This document shows positions 39,158 to 49,829 of a DNA stretch of 61,840 bases, piece after piece. The translations under genes were made by a program, and so were the position numbers. Position 1 is the first letter of the stretch. Every line of letters starts with the position of its first letter. The stretch covers positions 1 to 61,840 of the forward strand of contig JAKSVI010000006.1 in NCBI GenBank assembly GCA_024408095.1. The letters run 5' to 3'. The notes under the pieces are model-generated. The model was given only the letters and a program-made list of their open reading frames with translations, had not been told where the DNA came from and did not search any database. This stretch comes from Bacilli bacterium (GTDB taxonomy: Bacteria; Bacillota_I; Bacilli_A; RFN20; CAG-826).

Positions 39158-39836
39158 TATGAATGAAAGAACTATCGGCTTATTAGGAAAACTTCCATTT
39201 CAGTCTTTAAAAAATTCTACTGTATGTGTTATTGGGCTTGGTGGTGTTGGTGGCACATGTTTCGAGTCGCTTGTTAGAAGTGGTGTTCAGCATATTGTTG
39301 CGGTTGATTACGATAGTGTAGACGTTTCCAATCTTAATAGGCAGATTTTATATACAAATAATGATTTAAATCGCAAAAAAGTTAATATTGCTAAAAATAG
39401 AGCGTATTCAATTAATCCCAATATTGATTTTGAAGGTTTAAATTTAAAAATTTCTGAAAGCAATATTTCTAAACTTAATAATTACAAAATTGATTTTATT
39501 GTAGATGCGATTGATGATGTAAATGGAAAAATTTCTATTGCGAAATATGCGTTAGAGAGAAACATACCTTTATTGGTTTCGTTAGGAATGGCTAATAAAT
39601 TAGACCCAACTCAAGTCAGCATTATAAGGCTAGATAAAACTACAAATGATCCACTCGCAAAAAAATTAAGACATGAATACAAGAAAAGCGGAATTGATAC
39701 GAAAAAAATAATTTGTGCTTTTTCCAACGAAAAACCTATATCTGATGGTAAAAAATTAAATTCAATGATTATGGTTCCATCAAGTGCTGGCTTGTCTATT
39801 GCTTATTATGTTATTCACTTTTTAAGTGAAAAGTGA
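39147..39836 (+). CDS. tcdA: ThiF-family tRNA threonylcarbamoyladenosine dehydratase (TcdA-like)
   Basis: Motifs GLGGVG, SNLNRQ, DAID and DPLAKKLR. Confidence 0.8.
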   Translation: MKNNMNERTIGLLGKLPFQSLKNSTVCVIGLGGVGGTCFESLVRSGVQHIVAVDYDSVDVSNLNRQILYTNNDLNRKKVNIAKNRAYSINPNIDFEGLNLKISESNISKLNNYKIDFIVDAIDDVNGKISIAKYALERNIPLLVSLGMANKLDPTQVSIIRLDKTTNDPLAKKLRHEYKKSGIDTKKIICAFSNEKPISDGKKLNSMIMVPSSAGLSIAYYVIHFLSEK

Positions 39837-39872
39837 TAAATTAAATCCAAATATTATTAGGGGGCTTGATGT

Positions 39873-41480
39873 ATGAAAAATATCTATGAAATTGCAAAAA
39901 AAGCGAATATATCCGAGGAATTCGTAATTCCTTATGGACTTGATAAATGTAAAATAGATTTATCCATTGAAAAATCATTGTCATCAAAATCAAACGGAAA
40001 ACTAGTTTTAGTGACCGCAATTACCCCTACAAAAGCTGGCGAAGGAAAAACAACAACTTCTATTGCTTTAGCTGATGGATTAAATAAAATTGGAATTCCC
40101 GCTTTATTGTGTTTAAGAGAACCATCGCTTGGCCCTGTATTTGGAATCAAAGGTGGTGCGACTGGAGGTGGAAAAGCCTCTGTTGTTCCAATTGATGATA
40201 TAAATTTGCATTTTACTGGTGATATGCACGCTCTAACAAGCTCGATAAATTTAATTTCTGCTATTATCGATAATCATATTTATCAAGGTAATGAACTAAG
40301 AATCGATTCTAATCGAATTGTATGGAAGAGAGCACTTGATATGAATGATCGGGCATTAAGAAGCGTTACTGTTTCTCAAAACGATAAAAAAGCAACTCCA
40401 AGAAATGACGAATTCGTTATTACTGTTGCTTCAGAATTAATGGCAATTTTATGTCTTTCTACAAGCAAAGAAGATTTTAAAAATCGTATAAATGAGATAG
40501 TAATTGCGTATGATTTTGACGGCAAACCTGTGAGATTGAGACAATTAAGAATCTCTAATGCAATCATGAAATTGATGAATGCAGCCTTTAATCCTAATCT
40601 TGTTCAAACTATGGAAGGAAATCCTTGCTTGATGCATGGTGGACCATTTGCAAATATTGCACATGGTTGCAATTCTTTAATAGCAACACGATTAGCTTTA
40701 AAACTTTCACCAATTGTTGTAACTGAGGCAGGCTTCGGTGCTGATTTAGGTGCTGAAAAATTCTTAGATATTGCATGCCGTGTTGGTGAAGTGGTCCCTG
40801 ATGCTGTTGTGATGGTTGCAACTATTAGAGCTTTAAAAATGCATGGCGGACAAGCCTTTGAAGATTTAACAAATGAAAATGTAGAAGCTTTAAAATTAGG
40901 CGTATCAAATTTAAAACAACATATGGATAATATGGCTAAATATCATGTTCCAGCGGTTGTTTGTATCAATCACTTTTCTAGTGATACAGAAAAAGAAACT
41001 GAATTCTTAAAAAAATGGTGCACTGAACAAGGATTTAAAGTGTGCTTCTGTGATGCTTTTGAAAAAGGTGCAGAAGGAGCGGTTGAACTTGCTCATACTG
41101 TTGATGATTTATTAAAAACAACAAAGACTAACTATTCTCCGATATATAAACTTGATGATTCAATAAAAAATAAGATTGAAACAATTTGTAAGGAAATTTA
41201 TAGAGCTGGTAAAGTCGAATATAGTGACTTAGCTTTAAAACAAATTGTTGAATATGAAAAACTTGGTTTCTCCAGCAGTTATATTTGTATTGCAAAAACG
41301 CCACAATCATTTACTGACGATGCAAAAGTATTGGGAGCTCCTCAGGGTTTTACAATTACTATTAGAGAAGTTCGTTTATCTGCCGGAGCAAAGTTTATTG
41401 TGCCATTAACGGGTTCGATAATGACAATGCCAGGCCTCCCAAAAATACCTGCAGCGGTAAAAATGGAGGATGCCGATTAA
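39873..41480 (+). CDS. fhs: Formate--tetrahydrofolate ligase
   Basis: Motifs TPTKAGEGKTT, KGGATGGG, HGGPFANIAHG, TEAGFGADLG and MTMPGLP. Confidence 0.97.
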   Translation: MKNIYEIAKKANISEEFVIPYGLDKCKIDLSIEKSLSSKSNGKLVLVTAITPTKAGEGKTTTSIALADGLNKIGIPALLCLREPSLGPVFGIKGGATGGGKASVVPIDDINLHFTGDMHALTSSINLISAIIDNHIYQGNELRIDSNRIVWKRALDMNDRALRSVTVSQNDKKATPRNDEFVITVASELMAILCLSTSKEDFKNRINEIVIAYDFDGKPVRLRQLRISNAIMKLMNAAFNPNLVQTMEGNPCLMHGGPFANIAHGCNSLIATRLALKLSPIVVTEAGFGADLGAEKFLDIACRVGEVVPDAVVMVATIRALKMHGGQAFEDLTNENVEALKLGVSNLKQHMDNMAKYHVPAVVCINHFSSDTEKETEFLKKWCTEQGFKVCFCDAFEKGAEGAVELAHTVDDLLKTTKTNYSPIYKLDDSIKNKIETICKEIYRAGKVEYSDLALKQIVEYEKLGFSSSYICIAKTPQSFTDDAKVLGAPQGFTITIREVRLSAGAKFIVPLTGSIMTMPGLPKIPAAVKMEDAD

Positions 41481-43159
41481 TGGGATATAAAGAAGAATAT
41501 AATCGATGGCTCAAAAATGTGAGCCGAGATAATGATTTGAGTATCGAATTAAACAAGATAAAAGATGATAACGATGCCATCTTTGACGCCTTTTATCGTG
41601 ATTTAGAATTTGGCACTGCTGGATTACGAGGAATTATCGGTGTTGGAACTAACCGCATTAATATTTATACGGTTGGAAAAGCAACCCAAGGTTTAGCAAA
41701 TTATATTAACAAAACAGTCTCTCCAGAAAATAGGATTGTAGCAATAGGATATGATTCAAGAATTAAATCAGATCTTTTTGCAAAGATTACTGCCGGAATT
41801 CTTGCTGCAAATAATATAAAAGTTGTAATTTACAAGGAACTGATGCCTGTTCCATGTCTTGCTTTTGCAACTCGTGAATTAGGATGTGCATATGGCGTTA
41901 TGATTACAGCGAGCCATAATCCTAGTAAATATAATGGTTACAAAGTATTTGGTCCAGATGGATGCCAAATTATATCTGAAGTTGCTGCAGGCGTCTTTAA
42001 TGAAATTTGTTCATTAGATATTTTTAAAGATGTTAAATGGATGGAATTTGATAAAGGCGTACAACAGCAACTAATTAGTTATATTCAAGATGAAGTGGTG
42101 GATAAATTTATAGATGTTATTAGACACGAATCCCTCATTTCTAATGAAAAAGTTAATAAAGATGTAAAGATAATTTATAGTCCTCTCCACGGAACTGGAT
42201 TGAAACCAGTTTTAAAAACATTAAAACTTGAAGGATACAAAAATATTATTGTTGTTAAAGAGCAAGAAAATCCCGATGGTAATTTCTTAACTTGCCCATA
42301 TCCAAATCCGGAAATTAAAGAAGCGATGGAACTTGGCATTGAATATGCAAGAAGAGAAAATGCAGATTTATTATTTGCTACTGATCCTGATTGTGATCGA
42401 ATTGGAATCGCCGTTAAGGATAAAAACAATGAATATGTATTGATTACTGGCAATCAAGTCGGAGCTTTATTATTAAACTATATTTGCGAATTAAGAATCA
42501 AGAATATGATTATGCCTAAAAATGCAGTGGCAGTTAAAACAATTGTTACTACAGATATAGCTGATGATATAGCTAATGAGTATGGCATTACACTCAAAAG
42601 CGTTTTAACTGGATTTAAATATATAGGTGAGCAAATAGGAATATTAGAATCACAAAATAGGGTGCAAGATTTTATTTTAGGATTTGAAGAAAGCTATGGA
42701 TATTTAACAGGTCCGCATGTTAGAGACAAAGACGCTGTTAATGGTTCATTAATGATTGTCGATATGTTCGCTTATTATAAAACTCAAGGAATATCACTGC
42801 TAGATAAACTGGAAGAATTTTATAAAAAGTTTGGATATTATAAAAACACCCAAAAATCATATTCTTTCGAAGGTTCAAGCGGATTTAATAAAATGAAAGA
42901 ATTAATGGTAAATTCGAGAAAAATATCCACGATCTGCGGTAGAAATGTTAATAAAATCATCGATTATGCACTTGGTGTAGATGGCTTACCAGCCTCAAAT
43001 GTTATTAAGTTTTTATGTGATGATTTTTCTGTGATTTTGCGTCCATCCGGAACAGAACCAAAGCTCAAAGTTTATTTATCTGTGAAGTCAGATACAATGG
43101 AAAAATCTAATAAAATCACTGAAGAGCTTATTCAATTTTTTGATAAATTTTTAAAATAA
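41480..43159 (+). CDS. pgm: Phosphoglucomutase/phosphomannomutase
   Basis: Motifs FGTAGLRG, TASHNP, DPDCDR, FEESYG and RPSGTEPK. Confidence 0.93.
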   Translation: MGYKEEYNRWLKNVSRDNDLSIELNKIKDDNDAIFDAFYRDLEFGTAGLRGIIGVGTNRINIYTVGKATQGLANYINKTVSPENRIVAIGYDSRIKSDLFAKITAGILAANNIKVVIYKELMPVPCLAFATRELGCAYGVMITASHNPSKYNGYKVFGPDGCQIISEVAAGVFNEICSLDIFKDVKWMEFDKGVQQQLISYIQDEVVDKFIDVIRHESLISNEKVNKDVKIIYSPLHGTGLKPVLKTLKLEGYKNIIVVKEQENPDGNFLTCPYPNPEIKEAMELGIEYARRENADLLFATDPDCDRIGIAVKDKNNEYVLITGNQVGALLLNYICELRIKNMIMPKNAVAVKTIVTTDIADDIANEYGITLKSVLTGFKYIGEQIGILESQNRVQDFILGFEESYGYLTGPHVRDKDAVNGSLMIVDMFAYYKTQGISLLDKLEEFYKKFGYYKNTQKSYSFEGSSGFNKMKELMVNSRKISTICGRNVNKIIDYALGVDGLPASNVIKFLCDDFSVILRPSGTEPKLKVYLSVKSDTMEKSNKITEELIQFFDKFLK

Positions 43160-43196
43160 ATTAATAAAAATCCATTTTTCTTCCGAACTATATATA
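43159..43196 (+). promoter_or_regulatory. Second copy of the recA-type bipartite motif, upstream of the ABC pair
   Basis: AATTAATAAAA-N14-CGAACTATATATA followed by AGGAGG and ATG 43208. Confidence 0.5.
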
Positions 43197-43207
43197 TAGG
43201 AGGTTAA

Positions 43208-45316
43208 ATGGATCTTTTTGTTTTATCTCATGTTAATAAAATTTATAAAATAGACAAAAAAAGAACTTTCTATGCGTTAAGGAATGTAACTTTTAGTCTC
43301 CCTTATACAGGTTTTGTTTCTATTGTTGGAAAATCAGGTTGCGGCAAATCCACTTGTTTAAATATGCTTTCGTTAATTGATGCACCAAGTAGTGGAAATG
43401 TATATTTTCAAAATAAAGATATAAATAAGTTTAATGACAATAAAAAAAGTGCTTATCTTTTAAATGAAATTGGGATTATATTTCAAAATTTTCATTTAAT
43501 TGAAGATGAAGACGTTATTTATAACATCATGCTTCCTTATTTAATCTCTGGTCATAATAAGAAAGAAGCTCATCATGCAGCCGAAGAATTATTAAAAAAA
43601 TTTCAAATTAAAAAAGATTTATATAAACAAAAATGTGATTCTTTATCTGGAGGGGAAAAACAACGAATTGCAATTCTTAGGTCGCTAATAAATAACCCTT
43701 TAGTTTTAGTGTGCGACGAGCCTACCGGAGCTCTAGATAAAACTAACTCAAAAATTGTCATGGATTTATTAAAAAATATAAGCAAAGAAAAGCTTGTGGT
43801 AATGGTGTCACATAATAAAAAGTTAGTTGATGAATATTCAGACAGAATTATAGAAATGTGCGATGGAAAAATTATAAGAGATAACTATAAAATAACGACT
43901 GATATAAAATATGTAAAAAATGAAAAAAAGCATGCAAAACGTGCATCAAATTGGTTAAATCACATATCTTTTAAAAATATAAAAAGAAGATTTAAGAGAA
44001 ATATTTTTACAATTTTATCAATCGTTTTTGGCCTTGTTTCTACATATATTGTTATTGGCTTTTCATTGGGCAAAGATAAAAGTGTAATTAATGAGTCATA
44101 TAAGCAATTTGATTATGGTTCTGCAACCTTATCAAAAGAAACAAGCAAACCAATTTCAAACTCCGTCATAAGCATCTCTCAAACCTTCAAACCTTCGCTT
44201 GTTGAAAAAGAAGAATTAATGGAAAAGTTCGATCAATTTTTTTATGTTGATAACTTAGACGCTTTTATTTCACCTGTTAGCACAATTTTGATAGGTGAAA
44301 ATATAATAGAAAATATTACTTGTTATCCGATATATTCATTTGAGGATCAATCCATAGATAAACAGTTATTGATTCGAGGAAAATTTCCATTCAGTAATAA
44401 TTTTGCGCACGTGGTAATAAACAAGTCAGCGTATGAATTAATTTTGAACCAATATAAAATAAACCCTTTAAACTTGTCTGTTAGAATCAAGAATCAATTC
44501 GAAACGATATATTATCCATCTGATGAATTAGAAGGAATAAAAGATACATTTATTTTAGACACAAATCTAACTATTGATGGTGTAGTTGATGAGTTTAGTT
44601 TTTTAGATACTCCAAAAATTTTTTATTCATATATTGGTGCAGCTGATTATTTGAACAGCATAACTTTAAATAATCTCTCAAATTTTGTTCATCGTGATAT
44701 AAGTTGGTTATCCAGAATTGAAATGATTTCGGCAAACGACCCATTATCTTCTTACTCATATCGTTTATTTTTAAAAGATTCTAATAATAAGGATTATCTA
44801 AAAAAAGTTATCTCAACAATCAACGCGCCATTTGTATTAACTAGTGGAGCTTTTATTAGGGAATCTTCCTTAATTGAATTGGTTAATGCAGCAGATTCTA
44901 CAATGAAGTTGTTTTTAGTTGTTATTTTATTAGGAACAATCTTTATAATCGGAATACTTTCTTTCTTTTGTTATAACGAAGACAAGAAGAGGAGTGCAAT
45001 TTTATCTGCTATTGGCGCTAGAAAAGGTGATATTTTTTCAATCTATATTAATGAATCATTATTTTATGTTTTAATTGGTTATTTAATTTCATTATTAATT
45101 ACGATTCCAATAACAAATCTCGCCAATTCTATAATTTCAAAACATTATTATTTTCATTCAATTATAAATTTGAGTTGGGACAAATTTTTAGAAGTACCAT
45201 TTTTTATACCAATAATAGTATTTATAACATGTATTTTTGTTGCACTCATTGCTACATTGTTTCCTATGGTTTTCTCTAAAAAAATATCAATAAAGGATGA
45301 GCTTCAAAACATATGA
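43208..45316 (+). CDS. MacB-like ABC transporter (ATPase plus FtsX permease fusion)
   Basis: Motifs GKSGCGKS, LSGGEKQR, DEPTGALD and SH switch. One TM, a large extracellular loop, then three C-terminal TMs (LSAIGA motif). Confidence 0.88.
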   Translation: MDLFVLSHVNKIYKIDKKRTFYALRNVTFSLPYTGFVSIVGKSGCGKSTCLNMLSLIDAPSSGNVYFQNKDINKFNDNKKSAYLLNEIGIIFQNFHLIEDEDVIYNIMLPYLISGHNKKEAHHAAEELLKKFQIKKDLYKQKCDSLSGGEKQRIAILRSLINNPLVLVCDEPTGALDKTNSKIVMDLLKNISKEKLVVMVSHNKKLVDEYSDRIIEMCDGKIIRDNYKITTDIKYVKNEKKHAKRASNWLNHISFKNIKRRFKRNIFTILSIVFGLVSTYIVIGFSLGKDKSVINESYKQFDYGSATLSKETSKPISNSVISISQTFKPSLVEKEELMEKFDQFFYVDNLDAFISPVSTILIGENIIENITCYPIYSFEDQSIDKQLLIRGKFPFSNNFAHVVINKSAYELILNQYKINPLNLSVRIKNQFETIYYPSDELEGIKDTFILDTNLTIDGVVDEFSFLDTPKIFYSYIGAADYLNSITLNNLSNFVHRDISWLSRIEMISANDPLSSYSYRLFLKDSNNKDYLKKVISTINAPFVLTSGAFIRESSLIELVNAADSTMKLFLVVILLGTIFIIGILSFFCYNEDKKRSAILSAIGARKGDIFSIYINESLFYVLIGYLISLLITIPITNLANSIISKHYYFHSIINLSWDKFLEVPFFIPIIVFITCIFVALIATLFPMVFSKKISIKDELQNI

Positions 45317-48105
45317 TAATTATTAAACATTTAAACAAAAAATATGGAAATCGAAAAATTCTAAATGATATCAATATTGAATTACCTCGGTATGGTTTGG
45401 TATCTATTCTTGGAGAGTCAGGTTGTGGCAAAACAACATTTTTATCATGCTTAGCGGGATTAACAAATTATCAAGGAGATATACTTATTGATGGCCTTTC
45501 AATTTCCAATTATTCTGATGCCCAAAAAGATGCATATCGCATAAAGAATATAGGCATAATTTTTCAAGATTTCAAGCTGTATGAAACAGAAACAATTGAA
45601 AGAAATATATTGCTTCCATTAGAAGCTGTTTCGGGGCTAAAAACAGATAAAAAAGCAAGGAAATGCAGTGATTTATTAAAAATTGTTGATTTAAAAGTAA
45701 ATCCAAAGTCAAATGTATTTTGTCTCTCTGGTGGCGAAAAACAAAGGGTTGCAATAGCGCGAAGTTTAGCCAACGATCCATGTTTAATTTTGGCTGATGA
45801 ACCGACAGGTAATTTAGATGAAAAAAATAGCGAAAATATAATGGCGATTCTCACTAAAATTGCAACAACATCACTCGTAGTTTTAGTAACACACGATGAA
45901 GAGCTTGCTAAAAAATATTCAGATCAAATTATTAATTTAGAAGATGGAAGAATTACCAAAATTGAAAGTTACAGAAAAAATGTCCACAAGGAATATTTGC
46001 CTATATTAAAAAATAAACATTCAATTAGAAAAATCAAACTACCTTTATTGTTTCTATCATCTCATTCGTTTCATACGATATTTACCAAAAAGTGGAGAAC
46101 GCTTTTATGTAACTTTATTACATCTCTTGGTTTAATCGGGATTGGTCTCTCCTCCATACTGACTAACTCTATTTCGTCAACAATGACTAAGGCTTATTCA
46201 AGCTTTATAGATGATGACAAAATAATTATTACAAAAAATGATTCTGGCGAGTTTAATTTATCGAGATTTGCCTCAAGCTATTATGAGATTATGGATTTAA
46301 AAACCAAATATCCAAATTTAATATTGGATGTTGGTGCATTATATTTTGCGAATTTTGAGGAAAATTTTAAAGATGAAAATCTGTTAACTTTAGCATCCAC
46401 AACTTACAGAACTATAATTGATGATTTTTCTGCAAGGTATATCAATGAATATACTTGGCTAGATAATATGAATGCAAAAATATATCCTCAAAATCAGGAA
46501 CACCTAAATAATGATGAGATTGTTTTGGGTTTAACAATCAAAATGATAGAAGATATTTGTTTTAATTTAAAAATAAAAAGAACTGTCGAATCCTTATCAG
46601 ACTATTTATTAAACAATGTTGTAACGGTACGTTTTTCTTTTGCAAATGATTCTTGGGCTTATTCAGACGAACATTTATTTACATTAAAAGGATTTATATT
46701 AGATATGTCACCTAATATTTATCACACAAATCATCTTTGGAACGAATATGTATTTGAAGAACTTATGAGAATGCCAACCAATGATGCACTTGATAAAAAA
46801 GATAATTTTCCATGGGTTTTAAAAAAGGCATATTATATTGTTTCTAGTGATGTTGACAATCTTTTAATAACAAGCAAGAAAGAAAAGATGTTCGAACCAT
46901 TTATTTTCGAATTTGCAGGCAAAGAATATCTTCCATTACTTAGCAAATATAAACATTCTGATCGGTTGATTTGTCTGTCTAACACAAATGCAACCATACA
47001 GCCTTCATATAGCAAATATTTTTTAGATGCCAATGACAATTTATCTTCTCCAACTTTTGGTTCGAATAGTGGAATAGCAATCTTTCCAGAATCATTGATG
47101 ATGGGGTTTGCAAATGACACATATTTCTCGGCAAGTTTAACAGATATAGAAGAATGCATTAATGTTAACTCAATAGTTAATCTTGATATTGCAGAATCAA
47201 TTAATTTACCTGCAGGCGTGTTATCTGGCCATTATTCTACAAGTATTACTGAAGGTGTTAGATTTAGAAGTGATATTCAAAATTATGTCTTTGGTAGCAA
47301 GCCATGCTATCTAAACGAAATCGGAATCTCTAAAACTTTAGCGATGTCGCTATTTTCGACATCGGATGTTCTTTATAAAACATTATATATTGCAAATAAT
47401 TATTCATCTGTCATATCAGCCACAGGTAGAATGTATAAAAATTTCGAAATAGTTCCTTTACAAATAACAGCTGTATTTGACTCGCCAAGAAAAGAGATTA
47501 CTCAAGATCCAGCATGGTCATTAGTTTTTTTCCAAAAATATTTTGATATTTCTGCTTTTTCTTTAATAGCAAACGCAATCTCTTTTTGCGTCAAAAATAA
47601 GAGTAAAATTAACGAAACAGTTCTAGATCTTAAACAGCAGTTTCCTCAGTTTGAAATTGTGAATCCAATGTCAGATATTAATTCCAATATTTCTGAATTA
47701 TGTTCGAGATTTGAAGGGATTTTGCTAATTTTCTCAATTATTTCATCGATTATTGCAGTCCTTGTAATTTCTCTTTCAACGTTCCTATTTGCACTCGATA
47801 ATAAGAAAGATATTTTGCTCGCTAGACAAATTGGAATAAGCAAAAATGAATCAAATAAATTTATATATTCAAACACCCTGTCAATTTGTTTTATTTCATT
47901 TTTATTTTCTGTAATCGAATTACTTATTCTTACGTTCTTAATTGAATTTATTGTGTCTAAAACATTGTATGTAGATTTTACATATACATTAACCTTTAAA
48001 CCATTCATATTGATGTTTGTCTTAATATTTGGAATTGGATTATTGTCATCGTTATTTATCGCTTTTGTTGTGGGCAAAGAGCAACAAAAAACGAAAGATA
48101 TCTAA
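45313..48105 (+). CDS. Second, larger MacB-like ABC transporter (ATPase plus FtsX permease fusion)
   Basis: Motifs GESGCGKT, LSGGEKQR, DEPTGNLD and TH switch. Extracellular region of about 500 aa and C-terminal TMs. ATGA overlap with the previous gene. Confidence 0.88.
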   Translation: MIIIKHLNKKYGNRKILNDINIELPRYGLVSILGESGCGKTTFLSCLAGLTNYQGDILIDGLSISNYSDAQKDAYRIKNIGIIFQDFKLYETETIERNILLPLEAVSGLKTDKKARKCSDLLKIVDLKVNPKSNVFCLSGGEKQRVAIARSLANDPCLILADEPTGNLDEKNSENIMAILTKIATTSLVVLVTHDEELAKKYSDQIINLEDGRITKIESYRKNVHKEYLPILKNKHSIRKIKLPLLFLSSHSFHTIFTKKWRTLLCNFITSLGLIGIGLSSILTNSISSTMTKAYSSFIDDDKIIITKNDSGEFNLSRFASSYYEIMDLKTKYPNLILDVGALYFANFEENFKDENLLTLASTTYRTIIDDFSARYINEYTWLDNMNAKIYPQNQEHLNNDEIVLGLTIKMIEDICFNLKIKRTVESLSDYLLNNVVTVRFSFANDSWAYSDEHLFTLKGFILDMSPNIYHTNHLWNEYVFEELMRMPTNDALDKKDNFPWVLKKAYYIVSSDVDNLLITSKKEKMFEPFIFEFAGKEYLPLLSKYKHSDRLICLSNTNATIQPSYSKYFLDANDNLSSPTFGSNSGIAIFPESLMMGFANDTYFSASLTDIEECINVNSIVNLDIAESINLPAGVLSGHYSTSITEGVRFRSDIQNYVFGSKPCYLNEIGISKTLAMSLFSTSDVLYKTLYIANNYSSVISATGRMYKNFEIVPLQITAVFDSPRKEITQDPAWSLVFFQKYFDISAFSLIANAISFCVKNKSKINETVLDLKQQFPQFEIVNPMSDINSNISELCSRFEGILLIFSIISSIIAVLVISLSTFLFALDNKKDILLARQIGISKNESNKFIYSNTLSICFISFLFSVIELLILTFLIEFIVSKTLYVDFTYTLTFKPFILMFVLIFGIGLLSSLFIAFVVGKEQQKTKDI

Positions 48106-48185
48106 ACTTTTAAATCTTTCATTTGGTATTTATTACTATTTCTCATATAATATTCAATGAATATTCAAGAGGAATAATTACTAAT

Positions 48186-49298
48186 ATGGGTCTAAAAGCA
48201 GGAATTGTAGGATTGCCAAATGTTGGAAAATCAACCTTATTTAATGCGATTACAAATTCGCATGTTGAAGCAGCGAACTATCCATTCGCAACCATAAATC
48301 CAAATACTGGTGTTGTTAATGTGCCAGATGATCGATTGGATTTTTTGTCAGGTATATTTAAACCTGAAAGGAAAATTCCTGCAACCGTGGAATTCTACGA
48401 TATTGCTGGATTAGTGAGAGGAGCCTCAAAAGGTGAAGGACTCGGAAACCAATTCCTTTCTCATATAAGAGAATGCGATGCGATTGTTGAAGTGGTTAGA
48501 TGCTTTGAGAATGCCGATATTATTCATGTTGAAGGTAGTGTTGATCCAATTCGCGACATTGAAGTCATTAATTTAGAATTGGTTATGGCAGATTTAGATA
48601 CCGTTATTAAGCGCATCGAAAAAATAGAAAATAAAGCAAGAATTTTAAAGGACAAAGAATCAGTTACCGAAATGAGCATGCTCACTCCAATTAAAGAAGC
48701 CTTAGAAAATGGGAAGCCCGCTAGAACAGTGTCGTTAACTCAAGAACAAGAAATTATTTGTAAAAATTATCACTTGTTAACTAAAAAGCCAATAATTTAT
48801 GTTGCTAATGTTTCGGATGCTGATTTATCTAACATTGATGAATGTTTATTGTATAAACAAGTTAAGGAATATGCAAAAAATGAAGGATCTTCTGTTATTC
48901 CAGTCTCTTGTGAGATTGAAAGCCAACTATCCGAACTACCAGTCGATGAAAGAAAATTATTCTTGTCTGATTTAGGAGTTAATGAATCCGGCCTTACAAA
49001 AGTAATAAAAGCAACATATTCATTATTAAATCTCTCTACATTTTTTACTGTTGGTGCAGATGAGTGCAGAGCTTGGACATTTGTTAACGGAATGAGCGCT
49101 CCAGAATGTGCTGGTGTTATTCATACAGATTTTCAAAGAGGTTTTATTTGTGCTGAAGTATATCCTTATGAAGCAATTCATGAATTTGGGACAGAAGCAG
49201 CTGTTAAAGAGAAAGGAAAACTTAGGACAGAAGGAAAATCATATTATCCTAAAGATGGGGATATTATGTTCTTTAAGTTCAATGTGAGTGGTAAATAA
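48186..49298 (+). CDS. ychF: Redox-regulated ATPase YchF
   Basis: Motifs GIVGLPNVGKST, ANYPFATI, DIAGLV, GEGLGNQFL and IHTDF. Start reassigned to ATG 48186. Confidence 0.97.
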   Translation: MGLKAGIVGLPNVGKSTLFNAITNSHVEAANYPFATINPNTGVVNVPDDRLDFLSGIFKPERKIPATVEFYDIAGLVRGASKGEGLGNQFLSHIRECDAIVEVVRCFENADIIHVEGSVDPIRDIEVINLELVMADLDTVIKRIEKIENKARILKDKESVTEMSMLTPIKEALENGKPARTVSLTQEQEIICKNYHLLTKKPIIYVANVSDADLSNIDECLLYKQVKEYAKNEGSSVIPVSCEIESQLSELPVDERKLFLSDLGVNESGLTKVIKATYSLLNLSTFFTVGADECRAWTFVNGMSAPECAGVIHTDFQRGFICAEVYPYEAIHEFGTEAAVKEKGKLRTEGKSYYPKDGDIMFFKFNVSGK

Positions 49299-49300
49299 AA

Positions 49301-49783
49301 ATGGATTATAGAATCGGATTTAGCAAAGATATTCATCGTTTGGTGTTTGGCAAAAAATTAATTATTGGTGGGGTTATTGTTCCATCCCAATTAGGAGAAG
49401 AAGCTCATAGCGATGGTGACGTATTATATCACGCTTTAGCGGAGTCAATGTTAGGAGCTTTAACTTTAGGTGATTTAGGCACCCATTTTCCAGATAATTC
49501 AAATGAAACGTTAGGTATGAATTCGGCAATTATTGTTTCTAAAGTTTATCGAATGATCAAAGAAAAAGGTTATGTTGTGAATAATGTTGATTTATCCATT
49601 TCTTTAGAAACACCTAAATTAAAACCGTATATTTCTTGCATGATTACTAATGTTGCAAATTTGTTAAATATTGATGAGAATTGCGTTTCAATTAAAGCTG
49701 GGACAAATGAAAATATGGGACCAGTCGGCACCAGAGAAGCTGTTGAAGCATACAGCGTTATTTTATTAAGAAAAGACGATTAA
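49301..49783 (+). CDS. ispF: 2-C-methyl-D-erythritol 2,4-cyclodiphosphate synthase
   Basis: Motifs RIGFSKDIH, AHSDGDVLYHA and GDLGTHFP. Confidence 0.92.
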   Translation: MDYRIGFSKDIHRLVFGKKLIIGGVIVPSQLGEEAHSDGDVLYHALAESMLGALTLGDLGTHFPDNSNETLGMNSAIIVSKVYRMIKEKGYVVNNVDLSISLETPKLKPYISCMITNVANLLNIDENCVSIKAGTNENMGPVGTREAVEAYSVILLRKDD

Positions 49784-49829
49784 TCTTGTCGCAAATTTTT
49801 TATCGTTTATAATATAAGGTCGGAAAATT

